From NCBI GenBank assembly GCA_041750555.1, contig JBGSZB010000036.1, positions 17,473 to 81,472 of the forward strand: a stretch of 64,000 nt of DNA. The letters run 5' to 3'. Numbering within the stretch: position 1 is the first letter of the stretch; each line of letters starts with the position of its first letter. Origin of the DNA: Candidatus Dojkabacteria bacterium (GTDB taxonomy: Bacteria; Patescibacteriota; Dojkabacteria; J137). The translations under genes and the position numbers were made by a program. Shown here piece by piece: positions 38,960 through 50,431 of this stretch. Under the pieces are notes generated by a model that had not been told where the DNA came from, made no database searches, and saw only the letters and a list, made by a program, of their open reading frames with translations.

Positions 38960-39886
38960 ATGATAAAAATAAATAACATAACAAAAAAATATAACGAACT
39001 AATTGCAGTAGATGATTTAAGTTTAGAGATAAATAAAGGAGAAGTAATAGGATTACTTGGTCCTAATGGAGCTGGTAAATCAACTACTATGAAATTAATA
39101 AGTGGATTCTTAATACCAGATAGCGGAGAAATATTAGTTGATGGAGTAAGTATAGTAAGTAATCCATTAGAAATTAAAAAAAGATTAGGGTATATGCCTG
39201 AAAACAATCCATTGTATAAAGAATTAAGAGTAGTAGATGTATTAAAAAATGCTCTACAAGTTCATCAGGTATCTATTGAATTACACAGTGAATATATAGA
39301 TTATGCAGTTAAAGTAACTGGTTTAGAAAATGTATATTTTAAAAATATTTCAGAATTATCAAAAGGATATAAACAAAGAGTGGGAATTGCATTAAGTTTA
39401 ATACATAAACCAGATATATTAATTTTAGATGAACCAACAGAAGGTTTAGATCCTAATCAAAGATCAGAAATTAGAAAATTAATTAAAGATTTAGGTAAAA
39501 ATAAAACAGTAATAATAAGTACACATGTAATGCAGGAGGTAGAAGCAATGTGTAGTAGGGTTGTAATAATAAATAAGGGTAAATTAATTTATGATGATTC
39601 AATTTCAAAACTATCTAAGGGTAACCATAAAAAAACAACAATTGAAGTTAGTGGTGAAGTATTAAATAAAAAATTAACTAAAGAAGAGATATTAATTGAT
39701 AAAAGTGATGATATTAATTTAGAAATTAGTAAAACTAATAAATTTAAATTAGAGATTTCTACAAAGAAACAAAAAGAATCTGTTTTAAATTTAAATAACT
39801 TAATAAAAAATGGAAAGATACTAATAGAGGAATTAAACATTAAAAAATATGATCTTGAAGAAGTATTTAAAGAATTAACAAAATAA
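38960..39886 (+). CDS. ABC transporter ATP-binding protein (GldA-like)
   Basis: GPNGAGKST, LSKGYKQR, LDEPT. Confidence 0.93.
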   Translation: MIKINNITKKYNELIAVDDLSLEINKGEVIGLLGPNGAGKSTTMKLISGFLIPDSGEILVDGVSIVSNPLEIKKRLGYMPENNPLYKELRVVDVLKNALQVHQVSIELHSEYIDYAVKVTGLENVYFKNISELSKGYKQRVGIALSLIHKPDILILDEPTEGLDPNQRSEIRKLIKDLGKNKTVIISTHVMQEVEAMCSRVVIINKGKLIYDDSISKLSKGNHKKTTIEVSGEVLNKKLTKEEILIDKSDDINLEISKTNKFKLEISTKKQKESVLNLNNLIKNGKILIEELNIKKYDLEEVFKELTK

Positions 39887-39887
39887 T

Positions 39888-42203
39888 ATGAGTAAATTAC
39901 AACTAAATTTAAAAAAATTTAATATTAAGAAACCAAAATTAAGCAAATCATCCTTAAAAAGTTCTTTAAAGAGTATTGTTAATAGATTTAAATTTAAATT
40001 AAACTTAAGAGTATTACTTTCTCTTGTATCTAAAGAGCTATCACTCTTTTTCTCAACTCCTGTCGGATATATTATTACAATTGTATTTATTGTAGCTTTT
40101 GGTGTAATAGTATTTAGTGTTGCACAGTTTACCCAGTATGGAACAAGTGATTTAACTCAAATATTTGGTTATTTAGCATTTTTGCTAGCTATTGCAATTC
40201 CTGCAATTACTATGGGTTCCATATCTAGGGAGAAACAAAGTGGAACAATTGAATATATTTTAACTCAACCAATTAGAGAATCAGAATATGTTGTTTCTAA
40301 ATTAATATCATATTCATTAATTAGTATATTTTTAATATTAACTACAATTCCATTCAGTATTTATACTTCTACCTTAGTTCCACTAGATATAGGGCAACTT
40401 ATAATGCAATATATTGGAACTATTATCTTAAGTATATGTTTAGTAGGAGTTGGTGTTAGTGTTTCCTCAATATTTAAAAGTGAAATTCCATCATTTATTA
40501 CAAGTGTAGTAATAAGTGCAATATTAATTCTTTTAGGATCTCAATTACTTAGATTACCTGTAAGTTTAGATAGTATTGTAGATAAATTTAGTTTAATTTC
40601 TCATTACCAATCAATTTCAAGAGGTGTTTTAGAATTAAGAGATATCCTATACTTTATTGTATTTATTCTCTTAACATTTGTAATCTCCTTCTATTTAATA
40701 GCTAGGGAGAAGTATCCAAGTAATTCTAAAATTAAAACATATTTATCTAACTTAACAATATTTACTGTTGTATTAATTCTTTTTATTGGATACTTTGGTC
40801 AATTCATTAGATATAGAATTGATTTTACTAGTAATGATATATATACACTAAGTGATACAACAAATAATATAATAAATAATGCACAGGATGTAATTAACCT
40901 TGATCTATATCTTTCAAGTAATCTACCACTTGAATTACAATCTCAAGTTCGTGATGTTGAAAATATTTTAAGTGATTATGTAAGTTATTCTGCTGGAAAA
41001 GTTATATTAAACACATACAATCCCGATTTAGATAGTGAAGCTGAAAGTAAGGCTGAAAGTAATGGAGTAAGCCAAATTAGATTTCAAGTAAGTAGTACTG
41101 ATTCATCTTCAGTTAGTGTAGGATATTTTGGGTTAGTAGTTAATTACAAAGATCAAAAAGAAATTTTAGACTTTAGTAGTGAAGCTGTATTTAATAACGT
41201 AGAGTATGAGGTAAGTAAAAGAATATTAAAATTAACTAAAGAGGAAAAGGAAAATATATATTTCTTATCAAATAATGTAGATACTACAAGAAGTGGTAAT
41301 TATGCTACATTTAATTCTCTTTTAACTGAGTTATTTAATGTTAGTGATCTAGAAATTAATGATGATACAACACTACCTGAGGATATGGATGTATTAGTTA
41401 TTGCATCTCCTAATGGAGAATTTAGTGATGCAATCGTTAATAAAATTAGGGAGTATTTTAATAATGGTGGTTCAGTTATGCTACTATCTAATCCAATAAC
41501 TATTGTAGATTTAGAACAATCTCCTACTGAAAACAATGGAAGTTTAGCTAATCTTTTTGAAGATTATGGAGTAACTATCAATTCAAATATTGTATACGAT
41601 TTAGAAAGTAATAACTTAGTTAATGTTGGATATTTATTCCCTGTGAATTACCCTCTATGGATTATTCCAGATAACATAAATCAGAATAGTGCGGTTTTAA
41701 GAGAAGTTTCAAGATTATCACTTCTTTGGGCAAGTGAATTAAGTATTGATGAGTCTAAGGGTGCTGTTTCTTTAATTAAAACAACACAGGGATCTAATGT
41801 ATTTAACTTTAGTGAGTTAAACTTAAGTTTTGATCAACAATGGACATATAAATCATCAGATTCGTCTAAAAGTATTGCAGCATCAATTGAAAGGGATAAT
41901 GGGGGTAAAGCAATAATTGTTGGAGATGCTAAGTTCTTATCTGAGAACTTTGAATTAGTTAATCAACCAGATAACTTAAACTTTGGATTATCTTCTATTG
42001 AATGGTTATCTAATGCTGAATCAGTATCTAGTATCTTATCTAAAAACAGAGTAGCTGAGAAGATAATATTTACTGATACAGAGTCTAACTTAATATTAAT
42101 AGTTTCAATTGGTTTACCAATTGCTCTAGTAGTATTAATTGCAGGTGGTAGATACTATACAAGAAGAAAACAATCTAAGTTAAAGTATAGTGTTGGAAGT
42201 TAA
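39888..42203 (+). CDS. Fused ABC-2 permease + GldG-type auxiliary domain (GldF-GldG-like)
   Basis: EKQSGTIEYILTQP; RIDFT...YTLS; IVGDAKF; C-terminal TM. Confidence 0.88.
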   Translation: MSKLQLNLKKFNIKKPKLSKSSLKSSLKSIVNRFKFKLNLRVLLSLVSKELSLFFSTPVGYIITIVFIVAFGVIVFSVAQFTQYGTSDLTQIFGYLAFLLAIAIPAITMGSISREKQSGTIEYILTQPIRESEYVVSKLISYSLISIFLILTTIPFSIYTSTLVPLDIGQLIMQYIGTIILSICLVGVGVSVSSIFKSEIPSFITSVVISAILILLGSQLLRLPVSLDSIVDKFSLISHYQSISRGVLELRDILYFIVFILLTFVISFYLIAREKYPSNSKIKTYLSNLTIFTVVLILFIGYFGQFIRYRIDFTSNDIYTLSDTTNNIINNAQDVINLDLYLSSNLPLELQSQVRDVENILSDYVSYSAGKVILNTYNPDLDSEAESKAESNGVSQIRFQVSSTDSSSVSVGYFGLVVNYKDQKEILDFSSEAVFNNVEYEVSKRILKLTKEEKENIYFLSNNVDTTRSGNYATFNSLLTELFNVSDLEINDDTTLPEDMDVLVIASPNGEFSDAIVNKIREYFNNGGSVMLLSNPITIVDLEQSPTENNGSLANLFEDYGVTINSNIVYDLESNNLVNVGYLFPVNYPLWIIPDNINQNSAVLREVSRLSLLWASELSIDESKGAVSLIKTTQGSNVFNFSELNLSFDQQWTYKSSDSSKSIAASIERDNGGKAIIVGDAKFLSENFELVNQPDNLNFGLSSIEWLSNAESVSSILSKNRVAEKIIFTDTESNLILIVSIGLPIALVVLIAGGRYYTRRKQSKLKYSVGS

Positions 42204-43159
42204 ATAATTTTAGCTAAAACTAAAAACTCTACAATTAAAAGAGAAGAATATAGTCCCATTAATACAAAACCCTCTAACTTTGTAATAGTTTTACCAGTCC
42301 ATGAAGCAACTCCAAAAAGAATAATAGATATTGTTAAAATGGTTAGAGTAGGAGTTAATTCAACCCCATTGTTAATATTAAATCCACCTGAAAGTATAGC
42401 TAGTATCCCAAGTATACCAACATTAGCACATGCACTACCTAAAAAGTTTCCTAGTAATAAGTTCTCACTATCATTATCTTCTCTTTTAGAAGTTAATAAT
42501 ACAGAAAGTTCTGGTAAATTAGTACCAAATCCTAAAAGAAGAACACCTACAATACTTGGAGGAATTAGTAAAAGAAGAGCTAATTCACTAGATAAATCTA
42601 CAATAAATTTAGACGCAATAATTAATAAAAAGATACCAATAAAACTTTTAACTAATAAATGTAATAGTTTTTTAATATTAACCTTAACATGTTTTTTTAA
42701 AGCATTGCCATTTAAAGCTTTGTTTAAATACAATATATAAAGGACATAGGTGAATAATAGAAATATACCTTCAACAACTGTTAATCTAAAATCAATTACA
42801 CTAATTACCCCAAGGGAGATTAAACCTAATCCTGTAATAATCTCTTTCTCTCTAAACCTTCTTTGTAATTTAATACCTCTATACTTAATAGCAGAAAACC
42901 CAACTATTAATGTTAAAAGTACTGCTTGAGCACCAAATAGATTACCTAGTGATAATGTAGGTACTTCTTGACTTGATTGAATAGCAACTGATATTTCGGG
43001 TAAGGATGTTAATACCCCTAGTATTGCAAATCCTACAAAAACCTCATTAAGTTTTAACTTCTTAGCTAAAAAAACAAAACTTTCTTCTACAAGTCCAGCT
43101 GATCTAACTAAAATAAATATTAATACTACTAATCCTAAAATTATTACTCCTAGTTCCAT
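42200..43159 (-). CDS. Na+/Ca2+ antiporter (CaCA/YrbG family)
   Basis: Alpha repeats TSLPE..GNLFG and GTNLPE..GNFLGS. Confidence 0.92.
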   Translation of the reverse strand: MELGVIILGLVVLIFILVRSAGLVEESFVFLAKKLKLNEVFVGFAILGVLTSLPEISVAIQSSQEVPTLSLGNLFGAQAVLLTLIVGFSAIKYRGIKLQRRFREKEIITGLGLISLGVISVIDFRLTVVEGIFLLFTYVLYILYLNKALNGNALKKHVKVNIKKLLHLLVKSFIGIFLLIIASKFIVDLSSELALLLLIPPSIVGVLLLGFGTNLPELSVLLTSKREDNDSENLLLGNFLGSACANVGILGILAILSGGFNINNGVELTPTLTILTISIILFGVASWTGKTITKLEGFVLMGLYSSLLIVEFLVLAKII

Positions 43160-43217
43160 AAGATATTTTAACTGTTCTAACTATCTAGTATACTGTAATA
43201 AATAAAGAAAATTAAGT

Positions 43218-45071
43218 ATGTTAGAAAAATTAGAACAGATATCAAAAAACTTAAGATATTGGATAATTAAATCTACAACAAAAGCAGGCTCTGGTCACTT
43301 AACATCAAGCTTATCTGCAGTTGAATTAATGAGTGTGTTGTTTTTTTCAGGAATTTTGAAATATGATATCTCTAATCCAAAAGATATATCTAATGATAAG
43401 ATAATATTTTCCAAAGGACATGCTGCTCCTCTTCTTTATTCTCTATTTGCATTAGCTGGAGGTATAAAATTTAATGAACTATTAACCCTAAGAGAATTTG
43501 GATCAGTTTTAGAGGGACATCCATCTGTTAGATTACCATTTGTAGATGCTGCAACAGGATCCCTAGGACAAGGATTGTCAGTTGGAGTAGGGATGGCGTT
43601 AAATGCTAAATATTTAGATAAATTAGATTACAAGACATATGTATTACTAGGTGATGGAGAAACAGAAGAGGGTCAAATCTGGGAAGCATGCCAAATTGCG
43701 AGTACTTACAATTTAAACAACTTAATAGCAATTGTAGATATTAATACATTTGAACAAAGTACTAAAACAATTCATGGGGGAGAGATATTAAGATACAAAG
43801 AGAAATTTCAAGCTTTTGGTTGGGATACATATATACTTGATGACGGTCATGATATTAATAAAGTGTTAAAAACATTTAACTCAATAGATTTTAATATTAA
43901 CCATCCTAAAGTAATTTTAGCTTCTACAATTAAAGGAGCAGGTGTTTCATTTATTGAGAATAAAATGGAGTGGCATTCTAAAACATTAAGTGAAGAAGAC
44001 TCTATTAAAGCCATAAATGAGTTAGATATTAAAGATTTAAATAGTGTAAATACAGTTTTTGAAATTGAAAAACCTGACATTATTCAAACGAGTCAATATG
44101 TTAAAAAAGAAGCAAGTAGTTTTAAATTAAATACAGAGCTATTCTCATTAAATTTAAATGAAAAACTAGCTACTAAAAATGTTGTAGGAGATATTTTAAA
44201 TAAATTAGGAAGTGATAATGAAGATTTAGTTGTATTAGATGCAGGAGTAGATAATTCAACTTCTACACAAAAGTTTAAAGAGAAATATCCTGATAGGTTC
44301 TTTCAAATGTATATATCAGAACAAAATATGGTATCAACTGCTGTAGGGTTATCTAAGGTTGGTAAAATTCCATTTGTTTCTACATTTGGAGCATTTTTTA
44401 CAAGAAGCTTTGATCAGATACGTATGGCTTCATATTCAAAAGCAAATATTAAATTAATTGGAGCATATTCTGGAACATCATTAGGTAAGGATGGTTTTTC
44501 TCAAATGGCTTTGGAAGATATCTCAATGATGAGAAGTGTTAGAGATTCAGTAATTCTTTACCCAAGTGATGCACTATCAACGCTAAAAGCTCTTGAATTA
44601 GCCTTAAACTTTAATGGCTTGGTATATATTAAAACAACTAGAGAACCAACAAACAATGTAAATACAGATTTAACTAATATTAATATTGGAGATCATATAT
44701 TACTTAGAGATTTAGAGAACCCTAAAGTTACTATTATATCTTCTGGTATTACACTACATGAATCACTTATAGCACATGATAAATTACTAGAACAAGATAT
44801 TAATACTCAAGTTATTGATCTTTTTACTATTAAACCGCTTGATTCTGTAAAGTTACTTAAGAGTATTAAATCAACAAAGATATTAGTTGTAGAGGATCAT
44901 CATAGTGAGGGAGGTATATTTGAAGCTGTTACATCTAGTTTAATTAACAATAACTTAAGTTTTTATTCCTTAAGTGTTAAAAAGATGCCTCAGAGTGGTG
45001 AACCAAGCGAACTTTTAGCTTATGAAGAGATAGATTCTAATGCAATTATTAGAAAAGTTTTAGAGCTTTAA
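43218..45071 (+). CDS. tkt: Transketolase
   Basis: SGH, SKGHA, GSLGQG, GDGE..EG, ISEQNMV. Confidence 0.95.
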   Translation: MLEKLEQISKNLRYWIIKSTTKAGSGHLTSSLSAVELMSVLFFSGILKYDISNPKDISNDKIIFSKGHAAPLLYSLFALAGGIKFNELLTLREFGSVLEGHPSVRLPFVDAATGSLGQGLSVGVGMALNAKYLDKLDYKTYVLLGDGETEEGQIWEACQIASTYNLNNLIAIVDINTFEQSTKTIHGGEILRYKEKFQAFGWDTYILDDGHDINKVLKTFNSIDFNINHPKVILASTIKGAGVSFIENKMEWHSKTLSEEDSIKAINELDIKDLNSVNTVFEIEKPDIIQTSQYVKKEASSFKLNTELFSLNLNEKLATKNVVGDILNKLGSDNEDLVVLDAGVDNSTSTQKFKEKYPDRFFQMYISEQNMVSTAVGLSKVGKIPFVSTFGAFFTRSFDQIRMASYSKANIKLIGAYSGTSLGKDGFSQMALEDISMMRSVRDSVILYPSDALSTLKALELALNFNGLVYIKTTREPTNNVNTDLTNINIGDHILLRDLENPKVTIISSGITLHESLIAHDKLLEQDINTQVIDLFTIKPLDSVKLLKSIKSTKILVVEDHHSEGGIFEAVTSSLINNNLSFYSLSVKKMPQSGEPSELLAYEEIDSNAIIRKVLEL

Positions 45072-45095
45072 ACTTAATAAAAGATATACCATGTA

Positions 45096-46397
45096 TTAAA
45101 TCTTTAGGGAATTAATATTTTTAATATTAATTGATGAGTTAATATTGCTAAACCCTAATCTTTTAGCTTCTTTAATACGTTTATCCTGCATAAATACTTT
45201 TCTAATCTCTCCCGTTAATCCTACTTCTCCGAAGTAAACATTGTTTTTTGGAATAGGAGTATCTTTAATACTAGAGATAATTGATGAAATTATTGCTAAA
45301 TCTATTGCAGGATCATTAATTTTAATACCACCTGTTACATTTACAAACACATCGTATTCCCATACTTTAATTTTTAAACGTTTTTCAATAATTGCAATAA
45401 GTATAAATAAACGATTTAAGTCAAATCCTGAAGTTGCTCTTCTTGGATTACTAAAGTATGTCTTAGTAGCTAGGGCTTGTATTTCAATAGCAACTGATCT
45501 TGTTCCCTCTAATGCAATTGTATAGCATGATCCAGAAGATTCCTCAGATGATTGAGTAAATAGCTCTTTAGTGTCACTAATACTTTTTAAACCATCTTGT
45601 TCCATTTTAAATAATCCTGCCTCGTCTGAGGGTCCAAATCTATTTTTTTCAACCTTTAATATTCTTAACTCTAATCTTTTTTCACCCTCTAAATACAATA
45701 CAGTATCTACCATATGTTCAATAATTTTTGGTCCTGCAATATCTCCTGATTTAGTTACATGACCAATAAGTATTGTTGTAATATCTAATCCCTTAGCTAG
45801 GGAAGTTAATCTATTAGAGCTCTCTGCAACTTGAGATACTGAACCTGTACTTGAATTTAAATCAGGTGAATAAAGTGTTTGAATAGAATCTACTACTAGA
45901 AAATCTATATCACTAGAGTGTGATGCAATATATGTTTCTAATGCATTTACATTATTCTCACTTACAAACTCAACATTTTTTAATTTCAATTTTAATCTAT
46001 CAGCTCTATCTTTAATTTGGTAAGGAGATTCTTCACCTGCAATGTATAAAATATTTAAACCCTGAAGTGATAATTCTTCAATAATTTGTAGAGTTAATGT
46101 ACTTTTACCAATGCCTGGTTCTCCTGAAAAAAGAATTACTTGTCCTTTAATAAGTCTACCTCCTAATGCATTATCAAATTCAGATATATTAGTTTTAATA
46201 ATATCTTTTCTTTTTGTTGCTGTTATATTATCTAATTTTACAGGAGTTATCTTGACATCTTTCGTAGCCTTTTTACTTTTAACATTTCTACTAGTTAATC
46301 CACCTTCTTTTTCAACTAAGGTATTCCACATTTTACAGCTTTCACACTGTCCCATCCATTTAAGGAATTCTTTATTACAATTTGAACATATGTACAT
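45096..46397 (-). CDS. radA: DNA repair protein RadA/Sms
   Basis: CxxC zinc finger, GEPGIGKST, KNRFG, GEVGLTGE. Confidence 0.97.
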   Translation of the reverse strand: MYICSNCNKEFLKWMGQCESCKMWNTLVEKEGGLTSRNVKSKKATKDVKITPVKLDNITATKRKDIIKTNISEFDNALGGRLIKGQVILFSGEPGIGKSTLTLQIIEELSLQGLNILYIAGEESPYQIKDRADRLKLKLKNVEFVSENNVNALETYIASHSSDIDFLVVDSIQTLYSPDLNSSTGSVSQVAESSNRLTSLAKGLDITTILIGHVTKSGDIAGPKIIEHMVDTVLYLEGEKRLELRILKVEKNRFGPSDEAGLFKMEQDGLKSISDTKELFTQSSEESSGSCYTIALEGTRSVAIEIQALATKTYFSNPRRATSGFDLNRLFILIAIIEKRLKIKVWEYDVFVNVTGGIKINDPAIDLAIISSIISSIKDTPIPKNNVYFGEVGLTGEIRKVFMQDKRIKEAKRLGFSNINSSINIKNINSLKI

Positions 46398-46454
46398 ATT
46401 TAGGTTAGAATCTATCTTTGAGTATACATTATATTAGTTATTTTTTACAAAGTT

Positions 46455-46958
46455 ATGACTAAAAAGATAGATGGTATTGATTATCAAGAAATGAATGTTC
46501 AATTTCATTCAATTATTTCAATTTCACATATAGAATTATTTGATCCAGAGCTTTTAGAGTTTGTAGAGGCTGTGAAAAATCTTGATTACAATTTCTTATA
46601 TGGTAGAGGATGTGAGTTAAGAAACAAGGTTCTAACGGAAATAATACGTTCACCTTTAAGTTTACAGATAAGTTATGATGAGGGTTATATAAATTTAATC
46701 AAGAAATTAAGCATTCTTTTTTTTGGATTATTAAATGATGGAAAAACTTGGATTGATATAGCTGACTATAGTGATGGTTTTTCACAAGACTATGACAAAA
46801 TGGATCTTTACGCTCTGAGGAATATAGTAAATGCACGTATAAAAAACTTATTTGAAAATCAAAATCCAATGGAATTTAAATCCAGAATTAGAATTATTTT
46901 AAAAATGCTTGCAATAATTCTTACACACAGGGATTTTACTCACCTAACTTCATCTTAG
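46455..46958 (+). CDS. Hypothetical orphan; 3' end overlaps ddl
   Basis: 167 aa ORF filling the radA-ddl gap. Confidence 0.55.
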   Translation: MTKKIDGIDYQEMNVQFHSIISISHIELFDPELLEFVEAVKNLDYNFLYGRGCELRNKVLTEIIRSPLSLQISYDEGYINLIKKLSILFFGLLNDGKTWIDIADYSDGFSQDYDKMDLYALRNIVNARIKNLFENQNPMEFKSRIRIILKMLAIILTHRDFTHLTSS

Positions 46959-48099
46959 AAGTATTAGCTTTACTTAAAATACTAGATTCAAAAGTGTAAG
47001 TTAGTTTCTCTTTTTTGTTAAAACTCTCAAGAGAGTAATCTATTAAGTTTTTAAGTAATTCATTTAACTCCATACCACTTTTCTTCCATAAATGGTGATA
47101 AATAGTTCCGGGTAATGTATTTATTTCATTTGCATAAAACTTTTTGTAGGTTCTATTGTATAAGAAATCAATTCTTGCAATACCTAGACATTCAAATGAT
47201 CTATAAATTTCAAGAGCCATATTAGTAATAGCTTCAGTAGTTTTTTTATCAAGCTCTGCTGGAATTACTAATTTCTTTTCTGCATTTCCAGTTTGAGCTC
47301 CTCCATCTGAAATATATTTATCTTCATAAGTAAATAGATCTTTAGTAAATATACTTTCTTGAATTAATGAGGCTTTAGGATTTGTATTTCCAATTACTGC
47401 AATAGTTAAATCACTTAAGTCTGTAATTAATTCTTCTACAATTACCTTTGTATCATAATGAAGGGCAACTTCAATAGCATTAATTAACTCTTTATCAGAA
47501 TTAGCCTTAGATATACCAATTGAAGAACCTAAGCTTGATGGTTTAATAATAACAGGCCATGGTAAATTAGCTTTAATATCTTTTAAAACATTATCACTAT
47601 TCTCAAGATATTGATCTTTACTAAAGAATACAAACTTAGCAGTAGGAATGTTAAATCTTTGATACATTAACTTTGTTAATACCTTATCAATAGTTATACC
47701 ACTAGTAGTTACATTACAACCAACATATGGAATATTTAATAGCTCAAAAACTCCCTGTATGGTACCATCCTCACCATTTCGTCCATGAAGGGCAGGGAAT
47801 GCTAATTCAATACTTACTTCGTTACTAAAGAGTGTTTTAGGAATTAATACTATGCCATTGTTTTTCTTAGTAAAACTTAAACTTATTCTTTTAGCGTTTT
47901 TAAATTCTTGATTTTTTAAATTTTTAAAGTAATTAATGTCTTTAAACTCTTCACTATAAAGCCACTCACCTTTTTTTGTGATATAAACAGGAATTACATT
48001 ATGTCCTAAATCAATTAAACCTTTAATTACTAAGTTTCCTGTAATTATTGATACATCATGTTCAGGGTTTCTTCCTCCGAAAAATACTCCTATATTCAT
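46936..48099 (-). CDS. ddl: D-Ala-D-Ala ligase
   Basis: GGRNPEHDVS, LHGRNGEDG, GSSIG, NEINTLPG. Confidence 0.96.
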   Translation of the reverse strand: MNIGVFFGGRNPEHDVSIITGNLVIKGLIDLGHNVIPVYITKKGEWLYSEEFKDINYFKNLKNQEFKNAKRISLSFTKKNNGIVLIPKTLFSNEVSIELAFPALHGRNGEDGTIQGVFELLNIPYVGCNVTTSGITIDKVLTKLMYQRFNIPTAKFVFFSKDQYLENSDNVLKDIKANLPWPVIIKPSSLGSSIGISKANSDKELINAIEVALHYDTKVIVEELITDLSDLTIAVIGNTNPKASLIQESIFTKDLFTYEDKYISDGGAQTGNAEKKLVIPAELDKKTTEAITNMALEIYRSFECLGIARIDFLYNRTYKKFYANEINTLPGTIYHHLWKKSGMELNELLKNLIDYSLESFNKKEKLTYTFESSILSKANTSKMKLGE

Positions 48100-48167
48100 T
48101 TTTAATCTCTAATAACTAAATTCATTACTTGTCTATGATAATACGAAAACTAAATTTTGATAATATC

Positions 48168-49661
48168 CTAGAAGTAATTATCACTCCAATCGTTTTGCAT
48201 TAGTACAACATCGTTTGGTTTTAAATGTTTAAATAGCTCTTTATATGCTCTTTCTCCCATCTCATACCATATTATATTTTCTTCCTTAAAGCCCTCGCTT
48301 ATTAAACTCTCATAAATATATTTTGTAGATGAATTTTTTATTAATATTACTAAATCAGCAACGTTAGATAACCTTAATCCCACTTCTAAATGAATATCAC
48401 GGGTTAAATTTCCAGCTTCTACAATTCCTGGAGTTAAATATACTTTTCTTCTGCCTTTAAATCTATTTAAAACATTAATACCTTCAAAAAATCCATTAGA
48501 GTTTCCATTATATGTATCATCAATTAAAAGTATATTATCATTTAAATGTTTGGGCTCTAACCTATGTTCAAATGGTTTAATTAGAGCTGTAGCTAACTTA
48601 AATTCGCTTTTGTTAACTCCTAAGAATTCTCCAATTACAAGACTCATAGCTACATACCCTATAATATATTCTGTTACGAATGGTAGTTTAATATTTTCAA
48701 TATTTAAATCTTTATACTTTAAATCAAATTCTATTAAAGCTTTATCTAAATCAAATTTAACTTCACTTGATTTAACATTACTAAGTTTAGAATTATGTGA
48801 GCTAAAAAATTTAATATTATCCTCATTAAAGTTATTAATTCTCTCTTTATTTAAATACTTTTTGTATTCACTAACTATTAATTCATCATCACCATTTAAT
48901 AGTATTAAAGAGTTATCTTTTGATCCCTCTACAATTTCAAATTTAGTTGATATTGCATTCTCCATTGATCCATAACGTTCTAAATGAGCTTCATTAATAC
49001 CTGTTATTATTGAGATATTAGGAGGAGTTAATTTTGTAATTTCTAAAACATCACCTTTATAGTATTCTCCCATTTCAACTATAAAAATCTCAGTTTGAGA
49101 ATTAATATTATTAAATATTGTTCTTGCAATACCAATAGGTGTATTGTTATTCCCTTGTGTTGCAACTACATTAAATTTTTCTTTAAGAATTGTATAAAGT
49201 ACTTCTTTAGCACTTGTTTTACCATAACTTCCTGTTATCCCAATAATTTTAATATTTGGAAAAGTATTTAACTTTATCTTTGCATTCTTAATTATTCTTC
49301 TCTTTAAAACTTCTTCAAAAGGTTTAGTTAATGTACTAGCTTGTATAGCAAATATGAAATGGAATATATCAAGGATATATAGTGTTAAGAGATAAATTAG
49401 TATATGAATATAAATATTAGTAAATTCACTTATAAATGAATTTAGTAAGTATGTAATTATAAATGCGAATATTAATTTTAGAAGTATTGCTAATGCAATA
49501 TTTAATATAGCTTTACTAGTATAAACTAAGGGTTTTCTAGTTTTTCTATAAAAAAAACCATTATGAAATATTGAGTTTAAAAATCTAACATAATCATATT
49601 CTTCTAATTGAAATATATATGTTTGATAAGCAATTATTCTCCAAGGATAAAATTTATTCAT
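48168..49661 (-). CDS. murF: UDP-MurNAc-tripeptide D-Ala-D-Ala ligase with N-terminal TM segment
   Basis: GITGSYGKT, VEMG, IDDTYN. Confidence 0.9.
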   Translation of the reverse strand: MNKFYPWRIIAYQTYIFQLEEYDYVRFLNSIFHNGFFYRKTRKPLVYTSKAILNIALAILLKLIFAFIITYLLNSFISEFTNIYIHILIYLLTLYILDIFHFIFAIQASTLTKPFEEVLKRRIIKNAKIKLNTFPNIKIIGITGSYGKTSAKEVLYTILKEKFNVVATQGNNNTPIGIARTIFNNINSQTEIFIVEMGEYYKGDVLEITKLTPPNISIITGINEAHLERYGSMENAISTKFEIVEGSKDNSLILLNGDDELIVSEYKKYLNKERINNFNEDNIKFFSSHNSKLSNVKSSEVKFDLDKALIEFDLKYKDLNIENIKLPFVTEYIIGYVAMSLVIGEFLGVNKSEFKLATALIKPFEHRLEPKHLNDNILLIDDTYNGNSNGFFEGINVLNRFKGRRKVYLTPGIVEAGNLTRDIHLEVGLRLSNVADLVILIKNSSTKYIYESLISEGFKEENIIWYEMGERAYKELFKHLKPNDVVLMQNDWSDNYF

Positions 49662-50430
49662 TTATATATTTAATTAATACTTCTCTAAATTTATCACTAT
49701 TATCTAGAAATGGAAAATGTTTAGCATTTTCTATAATTTCAAGCTTTGAGTTTTTAATGTTGTTATTTAAAAAATGGGCATCACTTAATGGAGTAGCTGG
49801 ATTGTCATCATTTTCTCCCCATATAATTAATGTATTAATATTAATTAAGGGTATTCTTGGTGTTAAATCTTCATTAACAATGTTTTTAAATGTGTTTCTA
49901 AGTGTTTTAAAGTTAATGTAATCATCAGATCCCCATAGTTTAATAATGCTTTCCCTAAAATTACTAAGTAGGGGTAGATTAAATATTACTTTTAAAGGTT
50001 TTAATATATTTTTAGATTTAGAGTTAATTGAATTATCATTGTGGTTTATTCCTGCACTATCTACTAATATTAAATTATTTAGTATTTTATTTATTTGATT
50101 ATTACTTCCAAATTTAATACCAATCCTTCCACCTAATGAATGCCCTATATATGTAATATCTTTTAATTCTAATTTCTGTATAAATTGAAGTATTGTTTCT
50201 AAATATTTATCTAGTGTATAGTTATCACTCTTTAATTCTGATTTACCAAATCCAGGTAGATCTAAGCAATATATATTAAATTTATCTTTAAACTCGTTAT
50301 TAAATACTTTAAACCATAGTTCAGAGTTACTTCCCCAACCATGGATAAAAAGAAGAACTGGTTTATTAATGTTACTATTTGTATAGTAGGTTAAAAGATT
50401 ATCATCAATTAATATTTGTTTCTGATCCAT
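49654..50430 (-). CDS. Alpha/beta hydrolase
   Basis: HGWG, DLPGFG, GHSLGG, WGEND, HF. Confidence 0.92.
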   Translation of the reverse strand: MDQKQILIDDNLLTYYTNSNINKPVLLFIHGWGSNSELWFKVFNNEFKDKFNIYCLDLPGFGKSELKSDNYTLDKYLETILQFIQKLELKDITYIGHSLGGRIGIKFGSNNQINKILNNLILVDSAGINHNDNSINSKSKNILKPLKVIFNLPLLSNFRESIIKLWGSDDYINFKTLRNTFKNIVNEDLTPRIPLININTLIIWGENDDNPATPLSDAHFLNNNIKNSKLEIIENAKHFPFLDNSDKFREVLIKYINE

Positions 50431-50431
50431 A

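Noticed and set aside
38960-42203. Gliding motility system
   Set aside because: GldA/F/G-like ABC transporters are widespread; no other gld or T9SS genes in the window
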